From the NCBI GenBank assembly GCA_902573085.1, contig CACGHY010000003.1, positions 1 through 62,277 on the forward strand: DNA of 62,277 nt, written 5' to 3'. Below, piece by piece: positions 1 to 9,300 of the stretch. The notes beneath the pieces are model-generated. The model was not told where the DNA came from. It worked only from the letters and a program-made list of their open reading frames with translations, and did no database searches. Numbering within the stretch: the first letter of the stretch is position 1; each line of letters starts with the position of its first letter. The DNA comes from an uncultured Candidatus Poseidoniales archaeon (GTDB lineage: Archaea > Thermoplasmatota > Poseidoniia > Poseidoniales > Thalassarchaeaceae). The position numbers were made by a program, and so were the translations under genes.

Positions 1-291
1 AGGTTTGAGGGACTCCCCACCGTTCTACTCGAGGCCATGCACGCAGGTACCCCAGTCGTGATGGCGGACGTCAATGGCCTGGGGGGATTGGTCCAGGAAT
101 GCGGTTGCGGACTTTCGGTTCCCTGCGAGGACCCCGATTCATTGGCCCAGGCGATGTCGCGAGTGATGGAAGCCGGTGCGGACCAAGCCTCCGCTTGGGG
201 GGACTCAGGGATGTCTGCGTCGAGGGATTACCAGTGGGACAGGGTCACTGACAGAGTACTGGACGTCTACAGGAGGGTGCTAGGGGAATGA
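1..291 (+). CDS. Glycosyltransferase family 4, C-terminal part (5' truncated by window)
   Basis: Frame is open from base 1: RFEGLPTVLLEAMHAGTPVV, the GT4 E-x7-E motif. Stop overlaps the next start (ATGA at 288-291). Confidence 0.85.
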   Translation, partial: RFEGLPTVLLEAMHAGTPVVMADVNGLGGLVQECGCGLSVPCEDPDSLAQAMSRVMEAGADQASAWGDSGMSASRDYQWDRVTDRVLDVYRRVLGE

Positions 292-1499
292 GCGAACAAG
301 ACAGGCCCCCCCTCCTGGTCGCAAAGGGCGCTTTCAAAGCCATGGGGGGTGCCGAGATGGATCTAATCCGGGTCCTACCCGCCATGAACAGAGTCTTCGA
401 CGTGACCATGGCGACAATACAGCCTTCGGAAGAGCTGGTCATGACCTGTTCGGAGAATGGAATCAGGCTGATTCGGCCAGAATCCAATTGGGAGCTGAAT
501 CCAGATCCTGTTTCGGTAATTCTCGACTTGGGAAGGAGAACATCATCCAGGGCATGGGCATCGTGCCCTGGTCTTCGTGAGGCTATGGAGTCGTCAATCG
601 CTATGCATCTGGTCAGTGGAGACGGCAGCCTGCCTATACTGGACCACGTCCCGGAGGGTCTTATGATCCACCTGCATCTTCTAGAGCCCCACAGGGGGCT
701 TTACGAGGACACCCTCCACCTCAGATTGGACGGCTCGCCGAGGAGGAGCCTAACACTGACTAGAGCCGCCCTTTCCAGAGCCCGAAGGAGAGACCAGTCC
801 CTGATTCTGAACCTAATGTCAAGAGGGGAATCATTGGTCAGCGGAAACTCCTCCTTCTCCGCAAAAAGGGCGAAGGAGGTATATGGGATAGAAGCGGGGG
901 TCCTGTGGCCTTGCGTTGACACTGAAGAATTCCCATCAGACCCTTCCTCTGACCCTGAGAATCCCTATCCGGAAGAAGGCGAGTACGTGGTATCAATTGG
1001 GCGTGCATCATATGCCAAGGGGACATGGGAGACTGTCTCTATGTTGTCAGGAACCGGTATCGGCCTGGCTCATGTTGGCGGTGGGGATGATGAATCAATC
1101 GAGATGATAAAATCGCACGCCTCTACATCAGGAGTCGAGATCTGGATAGCTCCCAGACTGGAATCCTCCGATCTAGTGAGCCTGATGAGAGGGGCTAGAG
1201 CGGTAGTGAGCATGGCTCACAACGAATCCTTCGGACTAACGCCAATCGAATCCTTCGCGGTCGGAACGCCAGCGCTCTTTGTCGACGAGGGCGGCTTCCG
1301 TGACACAATCATCGATGGCGTCAATGGCCGGCTCCTTCCAAGGGAGGACCTACAATCCTGGCACAAAGCTCTGATCGAGGCTTCGGAGGAGAAGACCAGG
1401 AGGAGATGGGCAGAGGCTGGTAGGCAGAGGATATCCGAACTAGACCTCTCCCCACAGGCACACGCACGAAGGATATACGAATTGCTCACTGATTCTTAA
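288..1499 (+). CDS. Glycosyltransferase family 4 (GT-B)
   Basis: N-terminal GGAE motif, IGRASYAKG, and ESFGLTPIESFAVGTP C-terminal GT4 motif. Confidence 0.85.
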   Translation: MSEQDRPPLLVAKGAFKAMGGAEMDLIRVLPAMNRVFDVTMATIQPSEELVMTCSENGIRLIRPESNWELNPDPVSVILDLGRRTSSRAWASCPGLREAMESSIAMHLVSGDGSLPILDHVPEGLMIHLHLLEPHRGLYEDTLHLRLDGSPRRSLTLTRAALSRARRRDQSLILNLMSRGESLVSGNSSFSAKRAKEVYGIEAGVLWPCVDTEEFPSDPSSDPENPYPEEGEYVVSIGRASYAKGTWETVSMLSGTGIGLAHVGGGDDESIEMIKSHASTSGVEIWIAPRLESSDLVSLMRGARAVVSMAHNESFGLTPIESFAVGTPALFVDEGGFRDTIIDGVNGRLLPREDLQSWHKALIEASEEKTRRRWAEAGRQRISELDLSPQAHARRIYELLTDS

Positions 1500-1544
1500 C
1501 AGCCCCTCCGTTGCAGTTATGTCTGAGATTTCTTCCGGTGGGTC

Positions 1545-3602
1545 ATGATTGAATCGATAGCAATAATCGGGGCTGGCAATATGGGCTCCGGGATAGCCCA
1601 GAAGAGCGCCACTGAGGGCTTCCTGGTACAGATGGTCGATAGGGAGCAACAGTGGGTTGACAAGGGCCATGGAATCATAGAGAATTTCCTAGGAGAGGCG
1701 CTCGAGAGACGGATCTTCAGTCCCGACAAGGCGGAGGAAATCAAGCGGAGGATAACCGGCGTTGTGGGGAACGAGAACGTCTCGCCAGACACCGACTTGG
1801 TGATAGAGGCTGTCTTCGAGGATTTTGCTCTCAAGCAGGAAATATTCTCCACTTTGGACAAGAATTGCGGAGAAAAGACCATACTCGCTACAAACACGTC
1901 CTCGCTATCTGTCAACGACCTAGCGCAACAGGTAGGCAGAAAGGACAAGTTCGTGGGAATGCACTGGTTCTACCATCCAGCCAAGAACCGTCTCGTGGAA
2001 ATCATCCCCGCCGAGACCACCTCTCAGGAGACGATGGACGCCGTCGAGCAGTACTGTAAGACAATGGGCAAGGTCATCATAGTCTGCAAGGATAGGCCGG
2101 GATTCGTGGTGAACCGATTCTTCGTGCCTTGGATCAACGAGGCCTGCAGGCTCCTCGAGGAGGGAGTCGCCACGGCCGCGCAGATAGACGCAGTGGCTTG
2201 CAGGGAGTTCAGAATCGGGCTCGGTCCATTCGGACTGATGAACCTAACCGGACCCACGATCGCGCTACACAGCAGCGACTACCTATCTGAACAACTCTCT
2301 GTACCACGATTCGCCGGTGCCGAAAACATGCGCTTACTGGTGGAGAAGGGCGAGATGTGGGAGATAGACGAGGACACGGAATGCTCCGAGGGCGCAGCCA
2401 GGAAAATTAAGGAGAGACTGATGGGTCAAGCCTTCGCGGTCTGCTCCCAGATAGTAGAAGAAGGGATATGCAGCATGGAGGACGTCGACAGGGGAGCAAA
2501 GGTCGGGTTGCGATGGACCATGGGTCCCTTCGAGCTCGCCAACAGTATCGGAGTCGCCGAGGCATCCAGGATGGCTACAGAATACTCAAACATGGCAGGA
2601 CTGGAATTACCAAGATGGTTCTCAGGACGATCTGAACCTTTCGACTTCAGCTACGTCGACGTCGATGTTGACGAAGCCGGTATCGCCACGGTCCTGATCA
2701 ACAGGCCGGAGGCGATGAACGCGCTCAACGTCACAGTGGTAGGCCAGTTGGGAAGGGTTATGGAGGACCTCAATTCGAGATCTGACGTCAACACAATCGT
2801 ATTCGAGGGAGCGGGGAAGGCATTCGTCGCTGGTGCCGACGTGAAGTTCTTCGTCGACATGATTGCCGAGGACTCCTTCAACAGGATCGAGGAGTTCACC
2901 AAGGACGGACACAAGGTCCTGAACATGATCGAGAACTCCCCGCACACCACGATTGCTCTAACCACGGGTCTCGCGTTGGGCGGGGGTCTGGAGCTTGCGC
3001 TATCCTGCGACTACAGGGTGGGTACTGAGAAGACCATGCTCAGGTTCCCGGAGACCTCGATAGGGATCTACCCAGGTCTCGGAGGCACTCAGCGTGCCAC
3101 ACGAGTCTGCGGGATAGAGGCAGCCCGCTTCGCTGTCCTTGCTGGCAACTTCATTGATGCGCCCACAGCAAGGGCTCTGGGCTTCATCACCCATCTGGTC
3201 GATCCCTCAGAGGTTTCCGATACCGTCAGCATGGTAGCTTCCTCCGGCAAGCCAGATGACAAGTACCCGGGCAGGCCCTCAGACCCGAGCCACCCTGTAT
3301 CAAGAATGTCCCAGGTGTTCTACTCCGATACTAACATGGGCGCTATCCTCTCCGGTGAGGTCCCTGAGGGCTTCGATCCCGAGGACAAGAACGTCCAAAG
3401 GCAGCTCAAGTCGATTTCCAGGGCAGCCCCCGTGGCAGTTAGGCTTGCCAGCGATCTGCTGGACAAGGCGCTCTCCACCGACCTCGCGGCAGGACTCCAG
3501 CTGGAGCTGGATGCACTAGACGAGATCTTCGCTACCCAAGATGCGTGCGAGGGCCTCACCGCTCTAGTCGAGGGTCGTCGGCCTGAGTATGTTGGTTCCT
3601 AG
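1545..3602 (+). CDS. 3-hydroxyacyl-CoA dehydrogenase / enoyl-CoA hydratase fusion (HAD N-terminal, crotonase C-terminal)
   Basis: GAGNMGSGIA Rossmann motif, ATNTSSL, GMHWFYHP, PGFVVNR; then NRPEAMNAL, FVAGAD, GGGLELA and FPETSIG crotonase motifs. Confidence 0.92.
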   Translation: MIESIAIIGAGNMGSGIAQKSATEGFLVQMVDREQQWVDKGHGIIENFLGEALERRIFSPDKAEEIKRRITGVVGNENVSPDTDLVIEAVFEDFALKQEIFSTLDKNCGEKTILATNTSSLSVNDLAQQVGRKDKFVGMHWFYHPAKNRLVEIIPAETTSQETMDAVEQYCKTMGKVIIVCKDRPGFVVNRFFVPWINEACRLLEEGVATAAQIDAVACREFRIGLGPFGLMNLTGPTIALHSSDYLSEQLSVPRFAGAENMRLLVEKGEMWEIDEDTECSEGAARKIKERLMGQAFAVCSQIVEEGICSMEDVDRGAKVGLRWTMGPFELANSIGVAEASRMATEYSNMAGLELPRWFSGRSEPFDFSYVDVDVDEAGIATVLINRPEAMNALNVTVVGQLGRVMEDLNSRSDVNTIVFEGAGKAFVAGADVKFFVDMIAEDSFNRIEEFTKDGHKVLNMIENSPHTTIALTTGLALGGGLELALSCDYRVGTEKTMLRFPETSIGIYPGLGGTQRATRVCGIEAARFAVLAGNFIDAPTARALGFITHLVDPSEVSDTVSMVASSGKPDDKYPGRPSDPSHPVSRMSQVFYSDTNMGAILSGEVPEGFDPEDKNVQRQLKSISRAAPVAVRLASDLLDKALSTDLAAGLQLELDALDEIFATQDACEGLTALVEGRRPEYVGS

Positions 3603-3739
3603 CTCACAGTTAGTGATACCACCCCGCAAGTCATGCATGAAGTGGTCCTAAGCTCAGGAGTAAGGTACTCCCGGTACACCAAGCAGGGTGATCCGCAACT
3701 AGGGCATGCGGACACGCCCTGCAGACCAGACATCACCAT
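3599..3739 (-). CDS. Small putative zinc-ribbon protein, 46 aa (not in ORF track)
   Basis: Manual translation MVMSGLQGVSACPSCGSPCLVYREYLTPELRTTSCMTCGVVSLTVS with CPSCG and CMTCG knuckles. SD-like GGAAGTGA 4 nt upstream. Stop overlaps the upstream gene's stop (CTAG 3599-3602), as in other convergent pairs here. Confidence 0.65.
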   Translation of the reverse strand: MVMSGLQGVSACPSCGSPCLVYREYLTPELRTTSCMTCGVVSLTVS

Positions 3740-3743
3740 GCGC

Positions 3744-3824
3744 TCACTTCCTTCGCGGATACTCCGACCAAGGGGGCGCCCGGCAGTCTGCCATGGCTCT
3801 CACCACTATCTCGAATAGGCTCAT
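3744..3824 (-). CDS. Putative micro-protein, 26 aa
   Basis: MSLFEIVVRAMADCRAPPWSEYPRRK. AGGAGG (plus-strand cctcct 3833-3838) lies 8 nt upstream. ATG directly follows the TAA of the preceding micro-ORF. Confidence 0.4.
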   Translation of the reverse strand: MSLFEIVVRAMADCRAPPWSEYPRRK

Positions 3825-3893
3825 TTAGAGGTCCTCCTTTTCTTCCCAGGCATTCATCACTTCGTTTATCCATTGTTCCAACCATTTGTCCAT
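3825..3893 (-). CDS. Putative micro-protein, 22 aa, acidic and Trp-rich amphipathic helix
   Basis: MDKWLEQWINEVMNAWEEKEDL. Purine-rich AGAGGAAAG and AT-rich TTTAAA / TAAAAAAA tracts upstream. Confidence 0.4.
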   Translation of the reverse strand: MDKWLEQWINEVMNAWEEKEDL

Positions 3894-4038
3894 CTATGCT
3901 TTCCTCTTTAAAGTTAGTGCTTTTTTTACACCTACTGATCAAAACCAGCAGACTGACTCATATTAATGCTCAAGTATCCTCGATTACATTACGGTGTGGT
4001 TTATACACTAGATACCATTCTGACTACTTGATAACACC

Positions 4039-4497
4039 ATGTCGAAGAAGCCGATGTCGATCTCAGACGAAGACTACAAGAAAGTGAAAGAAGCGATTTC
4101 AGCGGTGATGGATGACGGAAAACAGATAAGGTCTATCTTCGAGTCTTACTACGACGGTGAGCCAGACATAGAGTGGGAGGTGGACGCTGCCGTGGAGAGC
4201 TTCGACATCTTCAGCTCCAGATGGACCACCGAGATTCTCTGCTGCCTTTATGTCGCAGGGGCTCGCAGGTTCAACGAGCTCAGGAAGCTGCTCCGAGGAA
4301 TCTCATCAAGAACGCTGTCGGATAAGCTGACGAAGTGTGTCGAGACGGGGCTCGTAGACAGAGTCGTGGAGACGACTAGCCCGGTGAAGGTGACCTACAG
4401 GCTTACAGAACACGGAAAGGACGCCGGGCGCCTCCTAGGCCCCCTGGTCGCCTACATGAAGATACACAGGGGACGCGTGACCAGGCACAGCGTCTGA
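4039..4497 (+). CDS. HxlR-family winged-helix transcriptional regulator
   Basis: SRWTTEIL, RRFNELRKLLRGISSRTLSDKL and PVKVTYRLTEHG match the HxlR pattern. Confidence 0.88.
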   Translation: MSKKPMSISDEDYKKVKEAISAVMDDGKQIRSIFESYYDGEPDIEWEVDAAVESFDIFSSRWTTEILCCLYVAGARRFNELRKLLRGISSRTLSDKLTKCVETGLVDRVVETTSPVKVTYRLTEHGKDAGRLLGPLVAYMKIHRGRVTRHSV

Positions 4498-4558
4498 ACG
4501 AGAATCCATGACTCAAAGGACCCTGCAAGGTTAAAGCCTGCATTTATGGACTACGGCC

Positions 4559-5209
4559 ATGGCTATAGTGAGGCAACTCCGCGAATCCTACCCATGGATT
4601 ACCGACTCACTGACAGCTTTTGTGGCCGGGACCACTGGTCTCGCGGCCCTGATTCCATTCGTTCCGCTAGCCCGGGGGACGCTCTCCGCACCTAGGGAGC
4701 ATGCATGGGAGCATCCCCTTAGGGGAAGCATCCTACGCACCCTGGAAAGATCGCCAGGCATACACTTCCGGGAGCTCCAGAGGCAATTGGACGCAGCGAA
4801 CGGGACTCTGAGGCACCACCTCAGAGTGCTGATTAGTGAGAGGTCGGTGACCGTCGTTCCAGTCAACGGGAGGACATGCTACTACGCTGGCGCTCCTGCC
4901 CAGGTCGAGATCCTAGAGGGCACTGGTGTGACGGACCAGGCCACCGCGGCTGCGATGCTGCCAGTTGGCCTGTCCGGAGTCCAGAGAAAGATCGTAACTA
5001 GGCTGTCAGACTCCCCAAACCCTCCTTCACAGGCACAGCTGGCACGGGACCTCGGGAAGTCGAGGACAACTGTGAACAGCGCCATCGGGATACTCAGGAG
5101 GCGAGGTATCGTCAACCAGGGGAGCCTCTCGCTCGCACCGCACCTGGACTCACTAGGAATGTCCAACGTAGACTACCCGTGGCTCGAGATCCGTCAGGAA
5201 TACGCCTGA
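4559..5209 (+). CDS. Protein with N-terminal hydrophobic segment and two wHTH domains
   Basis: LTAFVAGTTGLAALIPFVPL hydrophobic stretch; PGIHFRELQRQLDAANGTLRHHLRVL (wHTH1); SQAQLARDLGKSRTTVNSAIGILRRRGIV (wHTH2). Confidence 0.7.
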   Translation: MAIVRQLRESYPWITDSLTAFVAGTTGLAALIPFVPLARGTLSAPREHAWEHPLRGSILRTLERSPGIHFRELQRQLDAANGTLRHHLRVLISERSVTVVPVNGRTCYYAGAPAQVEILEGTGVTDQATAAAMLPVGLSGVQRKIVTRLSDSPNPPSQAQLARDLGKSRTTVNSAIGILRRRGIVNQGSLSLAPHLDSLGMSNVDYPWLEIRQEYA

Positions 5210-5236
5210 TAGCCCGCTTCTACATAGCCAAGGCTC

Positions 5237-6325
5237 TTGAGCCTCGGAATCCGCGCTGACTCCGTGTTCTCTCTGAGGTTAGTCGAGCTACCGATGCCCA
5301 CCGGCAGCAGGGACACGGGGGTACTGTTGGACTGGCTCCTGGATTCCATGGGACTGGTCAGGAGGTCCGGTGGCGACGAGTCTGGGGCACTCCATCGGAT
5401 AATGAGGGAGGCGTTCCTGACAGAGCCGCTCAGGGGATGGGACTCAAAGGAGCTAGGGGATCAGACAGGACTCTCCAATACTGGGATCCACCACCAGATG
5501 GTCAAGCTAAGGGAGTGCGGCCTAGTGGCTGCGCAGGTTGACGGCAAGTGGCACAGGCACGTCCTGAGAGGGGGTTCCATGGCAGCGGCGATCTCGCTGG
5601 TCGAGGCCCAGGCTGTCGCAGTCCTTAGCCTCAGGGCCTCTGAGCTAGGAGGGATGGTGGAATCCTCAGAGACCAGGATGGCGATTGAGGCCGAGGAAGA
5701 GGAGACGCCATTCTCGATCAGGATATCCGAGCCCGGGCCAGTGGAGAGAGACGGACGGGACTCAGCCCTGGTAAGCGACCTTGGCCTGGCAGGGGAAAGC
5801 CAGAGGCCCGGTAGCGAACTGGCTCGCGAAATACTGTACCAGTTCTGCTCGAGCCACCAGCCGATCACCCTCCTGGCCCTTTCTGAGAGGTTGTCCGAGA
5901 GTCGTGGGAAGGTCAGCACTGTGGTCGACAGGATGAGGGCGGCTGCAATCGTGGAGAGGGCTCCGATGGTGGACAGAATTCCCCAGGATGCATTCGCTGG
6001 CATCGTGAGGCAGTTCGATGCAAGGGGGGAGGAGTGGTTGATGACCAGGGGCGGTATGGGAAGGCTCGAAGAGGGCGTCTCCAAGCCCATAATCGAAGGA
6101 GCCAGGGATGGAACTCTCGACATAGACGGAGTCAGGGTGGCGCTATCCTCAGTCCCTCTGGAAGGCCAGCGGATCCTACTGAACACCTTGGGAGGGAGGC
6201 TCGCTTACGGGTATCGCATAGCAGGAGCTGACGGAGGCTTCCTCTCGACTAGGGTGATGCGAAGGGCGGAGCGGACTCTGAGGAGGATCAGGACCGTCGC
6301 CCAAAGGCTCGACGAGTCCCTGTGA
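5237..6325 (+). CDS. ArsR-like tandem wHTH protein (internally duplicated module)
   Basis: SKELGDQTGLSNTGIHHQMVKLRECGLV and ITLLALSERLSESRGKVSTVVDRMRAAAIVER. TTG start is uncertain. Confidence 0.7.
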   Translation: MSLGIRADSVFSLRLVELPMPTGSRDTGVLLDWLLDSMGLVRRSGGDESGALHRIMREAFLTEPLRGWDSKELGDQTGLSNTGIHHQMVKLRECGLVAAQVDGKWHRHVLRGGSMAAAISLVEAQAVAVLSLRASELGGMVESSETRMAIEAEEEETPFSIRISEPGPVERDGRDSALVSDLGLAGESQRPGSELAREILYQFCSSHQPITLLALSERLSESRGKVSTVVDRMRAAAIVERAPMVDRIPQDAFAGIVRQFDARGEEWLMTRGGMGRLEEGVSKPIIEGARDGTLDIDGVRVALSSVPLEGQRILLNTLGGRLAYGYRIAGADGGFLSTRVMRRAERTLRRIRTVAQRLDESL

Positions 6326-6358
6326 AGAATTCAATACTCCAAAGCCCCAGGGTACGGC

Positions 6359-7093
6359 ATGACGGATCCTGCGGTCAGTGTGATGCTAGGCAGCGGAGGG
6401 ATCTCCACCGAGGATAGGAGGGAAACATACAGGACCCTCGTCGGTAACCACTTCTCTGACTGCGAGAACGTCCTCTTCGTTCCGTATGCATCGGACGACC
6501 ATGATGTCTATACTTCCAGAATGCAGGATTTTATGGGTTCGGAAGGGCCGAGCCTAGTGGGGATACACACGTTCGAAGACCAGCTGTCTGCCGTCCGTGA
6601 CGCGGAGGGGATATACGTGGGAGGGGGCAACTCGTTCCTTCTCATTAGGGACCTCCACGAAAGAGGCCTGATTGGACCGATCAGGGAATGTTGTTTGGGA
6701 GGGGTCCCTTACCTGGGAGTGAGTGCGGGGTCCAACGTGGCATGCCCCACCATGATGACCACCAACGACATGCCAATCGTCCTGCCCCCTTCCTTCGAGT
6801 CCTTCGGCATCGTTCCATTCCAGATCAACCCCCATTATCACCCTGGTAAGGTTCTGTTCATGGATGGGGATGAGGTTACGAATCACTACGGCGAGTCGAG
6901 GGCTCAGAGGATAGCAGAGTTCCATAGGCACCAGGACACCCCTGTGCTCGGGATGTGGGAGGGTTCGTACGTCCATTGGGACGGATCGAGGGGCAGACTG
7001 ACGGGAAGGGCGACGGCTTTCCTTCCTGGAGCCGAGCCCTGCGATTTCCATGATGGATCGGAATTTGACCTCGAACTGAGGATCATAGACTAG
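6359..7093 (+). CDS. pepE: Dipeptidase E (peptidase S51, alpha-aspartyl dipeptidase)
   Basis: LFVPYA, YVGGGNSF, catalytic GVSAGSNV, TTNDMPIV, PFQINPHY, GESRAQRIAEF. Confidence 0.93.
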   Translation: MTDPAVSVMLGSGGISTEDRRETYRTLVGNHFSDCENVLFVPYASDDHDVYTSRMQDFMGSEGPSLVGIHTFEDQLSAVRDAEGIYVGGGNSFLLIRDLHERGLIGPIRECCLGGVPYLGVSAGSNVACPTMMTTNDMPIVLPPSFESFGIVPFQINPHYHPGKVLFMDGDEVTNHYGESRAQRIAEFHRHQDTPVLGMWEGSYVHWDGSRGRLTGRATAFLPGAEPCDFHDGSEFDLELRIID

Positions 7094-7214
7094 CCTTTGT
7101 TCAATAGAACAATTACAAGATTGCACCCCCATATGAAGTTCTATATCAGATCTAGTGCTTTTTCCAGTGGTGGACGTAGTGAGGTTGATTGCTCACCGAC
7201 CTCCCAACAGCCCC

Positions 7215-7994
7215 ATGTCGGAGACCCTCTTGCCATCCGTCCCCCCAGTCAGCCCTTTCGAGGCCTACACGATCATCATCGTGCTCCCGTTCTTGATGAG
7301 GTTGATCTTCGTAGCTCCCCCTTTGGTCGACCTCTCGAACAAGCTGATGCCTAAGGAGGACAGGGGGAAGCACGCCAGATGGGCCTTGGATCGGATCAAG
7401 AGGCTGAACGTCGAGAGGTTCTGGCTTATCGTCATCAACGAGATGCTGGCCATCTTCCTCCCTGCGGTGATTGCCATATCCGCTCGGGTATTCATGGGCC
7501 CGATAGGCTGGGATAGCTGGGAGATCCCATTCCTTGGACTCACTCTGCTAGCTATGGCGGGACTCCTCTGGATAGGGTACGACTTCACGAGGGTGACGAG
7601 GACGAGGAGGGACGTCCTAAGGCTCGCCCAGTTCGACATCAACAAGGCCAGGCAGGCGGTCGACACCGCAGTCACCGGTCGGGACTTCCTCAAGTCCTTG
7701 AGAGGGATCACGATACCCAGGCCCTGGAAGAGCGATGGCGATTCCCAGCAGGAGAGGTCTCTCTTCTCCCCCCTTGGATTGGCCACATCGGTGCTGGAGG
7801 CTGGTGCTGACATACTCGACATGGCACTGGACGAGGTGAGGATCCCTGCTGGGGAGGCCGTGGACAAGATGGACTCGGAGATCCAGAGGAGGGTACAGCA
7901 GAGGGTCCAGGCATCCAAGCGCTCGATGGTGATCGGCACTCTGTTCGCGGCATTCCCCCTGGTGGTTCTCCTTGGGCTTCCTAAGCTGCTCTAG
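7215..7994 (+). CDS. Hypothetical multi-pass membrane protein
   Basis: About 4 hydrophobic segments. Start placed at MSETLLPS (7215); the ORF track start is 7155. Confidence 0.65.
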   Translation: MSETLLPSVPPVSPFEAYTIIIVLPFLMRLIFVAPPLVDLSNKLMPKEDRGKHARWALDRIKRLNVERFWLIVINEMLAIFLPAVIAISARVFMGPIGWDSWEIPFLGLTLLAMAGLLWIGYDFTRVTRTRRDVLRLAQFDINKARQAVDTAVTGRDFLKSLRGITIPRPWKSDGDSQQERSLFSPLGLATSVLEAGADILDMALDEVRIPAGEAVDKMDSEIQRRVQQRVQASKRSMVIGTLFAAFPLVVLLGLPKLL

Positions 7995-9252
7995 CGGAGA
8001 TGAATGCCCTCTCCCTAGGAGAGGCCAGCATTAGCCAGAGCGTCCCCACTGCCAACTGCACCAGACCTGTCACAAGGAGGATCTCCCTCAGCGTCACCAG
8101 CTCCTCCTCGAGTATGTAGCCAGCCGCTATGGTGGACACGCCCATGGTCAGGACAATGATCAGGTTGTCTGTACCCGCTACCCTCCCCATCCAGTCATTG
8201 TCCGTCCTGCGCTGGAGCAGGGTCGTGCTGAACACCCAGGATATCCCGCTGCAGCCGTGGCTGAAAAAGACAAGGACTAGGGTCCACATGCCCCACTCGG
8301 CCTGTGACACGCCAACGTAGAGGAGGCCGGCCCCGCCAAGGGAGAGGCCGATGATGTAGGGCATGTACCTGGTGACGGTCATCAGCGGCCTGGTCACTAT
8401 CGGTCCAAACCCGCTGCCGAACCCGCGGGCCATGTACAGAACCCCGATCCCAGCAGCGCCTGTCGATATGTCTCCGAAGTCCGCCTCCATACCGATGATG
8501 ATCAGGAGGAATATCTGCGCCCCGCCTCCAGTGGCCCACATCCCCTTGGCCAGCACTATCCTGCTTATCTCCGGCCTCCTCAGGATGAATCCCCAGCCTG
8601 CGAATATGTCCCTGAACATCTCAACAGCACCGCCTCCCCTCTGCTCGTCCGGGTCAGGCCCGCCGTGAGGGAGGGTCGAGATCACCACCGCAGCCACCAG
8701 GAATGTGACCGAGTCGATCATCAGGCCGGTCTCGACGCCGTACTGCGAGATCACGAACCCGGCGATCCCCGCGCCGATACCCATCGATGCAGACCAGCCA
8801 CCCGATATCAGGGCGTTCGCCGTCAGCAGCTCGTCCTCGTCGCAGACCCTCGGGAGGTACGCGGTCTGAGCCGGGTCGTAGGTTGCGCGCCCCAGCACCA
8901 GCAGCATGGCCAGCACGTACACGGAGAACAGGCTGTCCAGGAGACCGAGCAGTATGAAGGAGGTCAGCATCACAAAAGAGAAGATGTTGGCCAGAACCAT
9001 CAGCGTCTTCCTGGGGAACCTATCGGCCAGCATCCCGGTGATCGGCTCCAGCGGGGCGAACGTGAAGCTGCGAACAGCAAGCACGCCGGCTATCGCCAAC
9101 GGCGAGTTGTCCGAGGCCTCGCCAGCCAGTATGAACATGGCGAGAACGGTGAACCAGTCCCCGATGTAGAGAATCATGTTCGACCCCCACAGACGACCGA
9201 AGGTCCTGTTCGACCGTAGGAGCTCCACGTATCCCGGGCTGGTCACGGGCAC
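7981..9252 (-). CDS. MFS transporter
   Basis: About 12 hydrophobic segments; motif A GMLADRFPRK; WMGRVAG in the second half. Confidence 0.88.
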   Translation of the reverse strand: MPVTSPGYVELLRSNRTFGRLWGSNMILYIGDWFTVLAMFILAGEASDNSPLAIAGVLAVRSFTFAPLEPITGMLADRFPRKTLMVLANIFSFVMLTSFILLGLLDSLFSVYVLAMLLVLGRATYDPAQTAYLPRVCDEDELLTANALISGGWSASMGIGAGIAGFVISQYGVETGLMIDSVTFLVAAVVISTLPHGGPDPDEQRGGGAVEMFRDIFAGWGFILRRPEISRIVLAKGMWATGGGAQIFLLIIIGMEADFGDISTGAAGIGVLYMARGFGSGFGPIVTRPLMTVTRYMPYIIGLSLGGAGLLYVGVSQAEWGMWTLVLVFFSHGCSGISWVFSTTLLQRRTDNDWMGRVAGTDNLIIVLTMGVSTIAAGYILEEELVTLREILLVTGLVQLAVGTLWLMLASPRERAFISARAA

Positions 9253-9300
9253 CGCAGGGCACCGGTGCTATCACTGTCACCCCCAGGCCAACATGAATAA

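Noticed and set aside
3733-3942. 69-aa minus-strand ORF from the track covering the micro-ORF region
   Set aside because: TTG-type start, no SD and a featureless sequence. The three shorter ORFs have ATG starts, SD-like sites and operon spacing. Disfavoured but not excluded.
5461-6186. 241-aa antisense ORF
   Set aside because: Lies wholly opposite a motif-bearing gene; Ser/Pro/Leu-rich shadow typical of biased codon usage.
7265-7939. 224-aa antisense ORF
   Set aside because: Ser-rich shadow of the membrane protein gene.
9247-9268. GCACCGGTGC palindrome and GGGCACCG direct repeat between MFS and orn
   Set aside because: Short and GC-rich in a roughly 65% GC region, partly overlapping the MFS start; plausible by chance.
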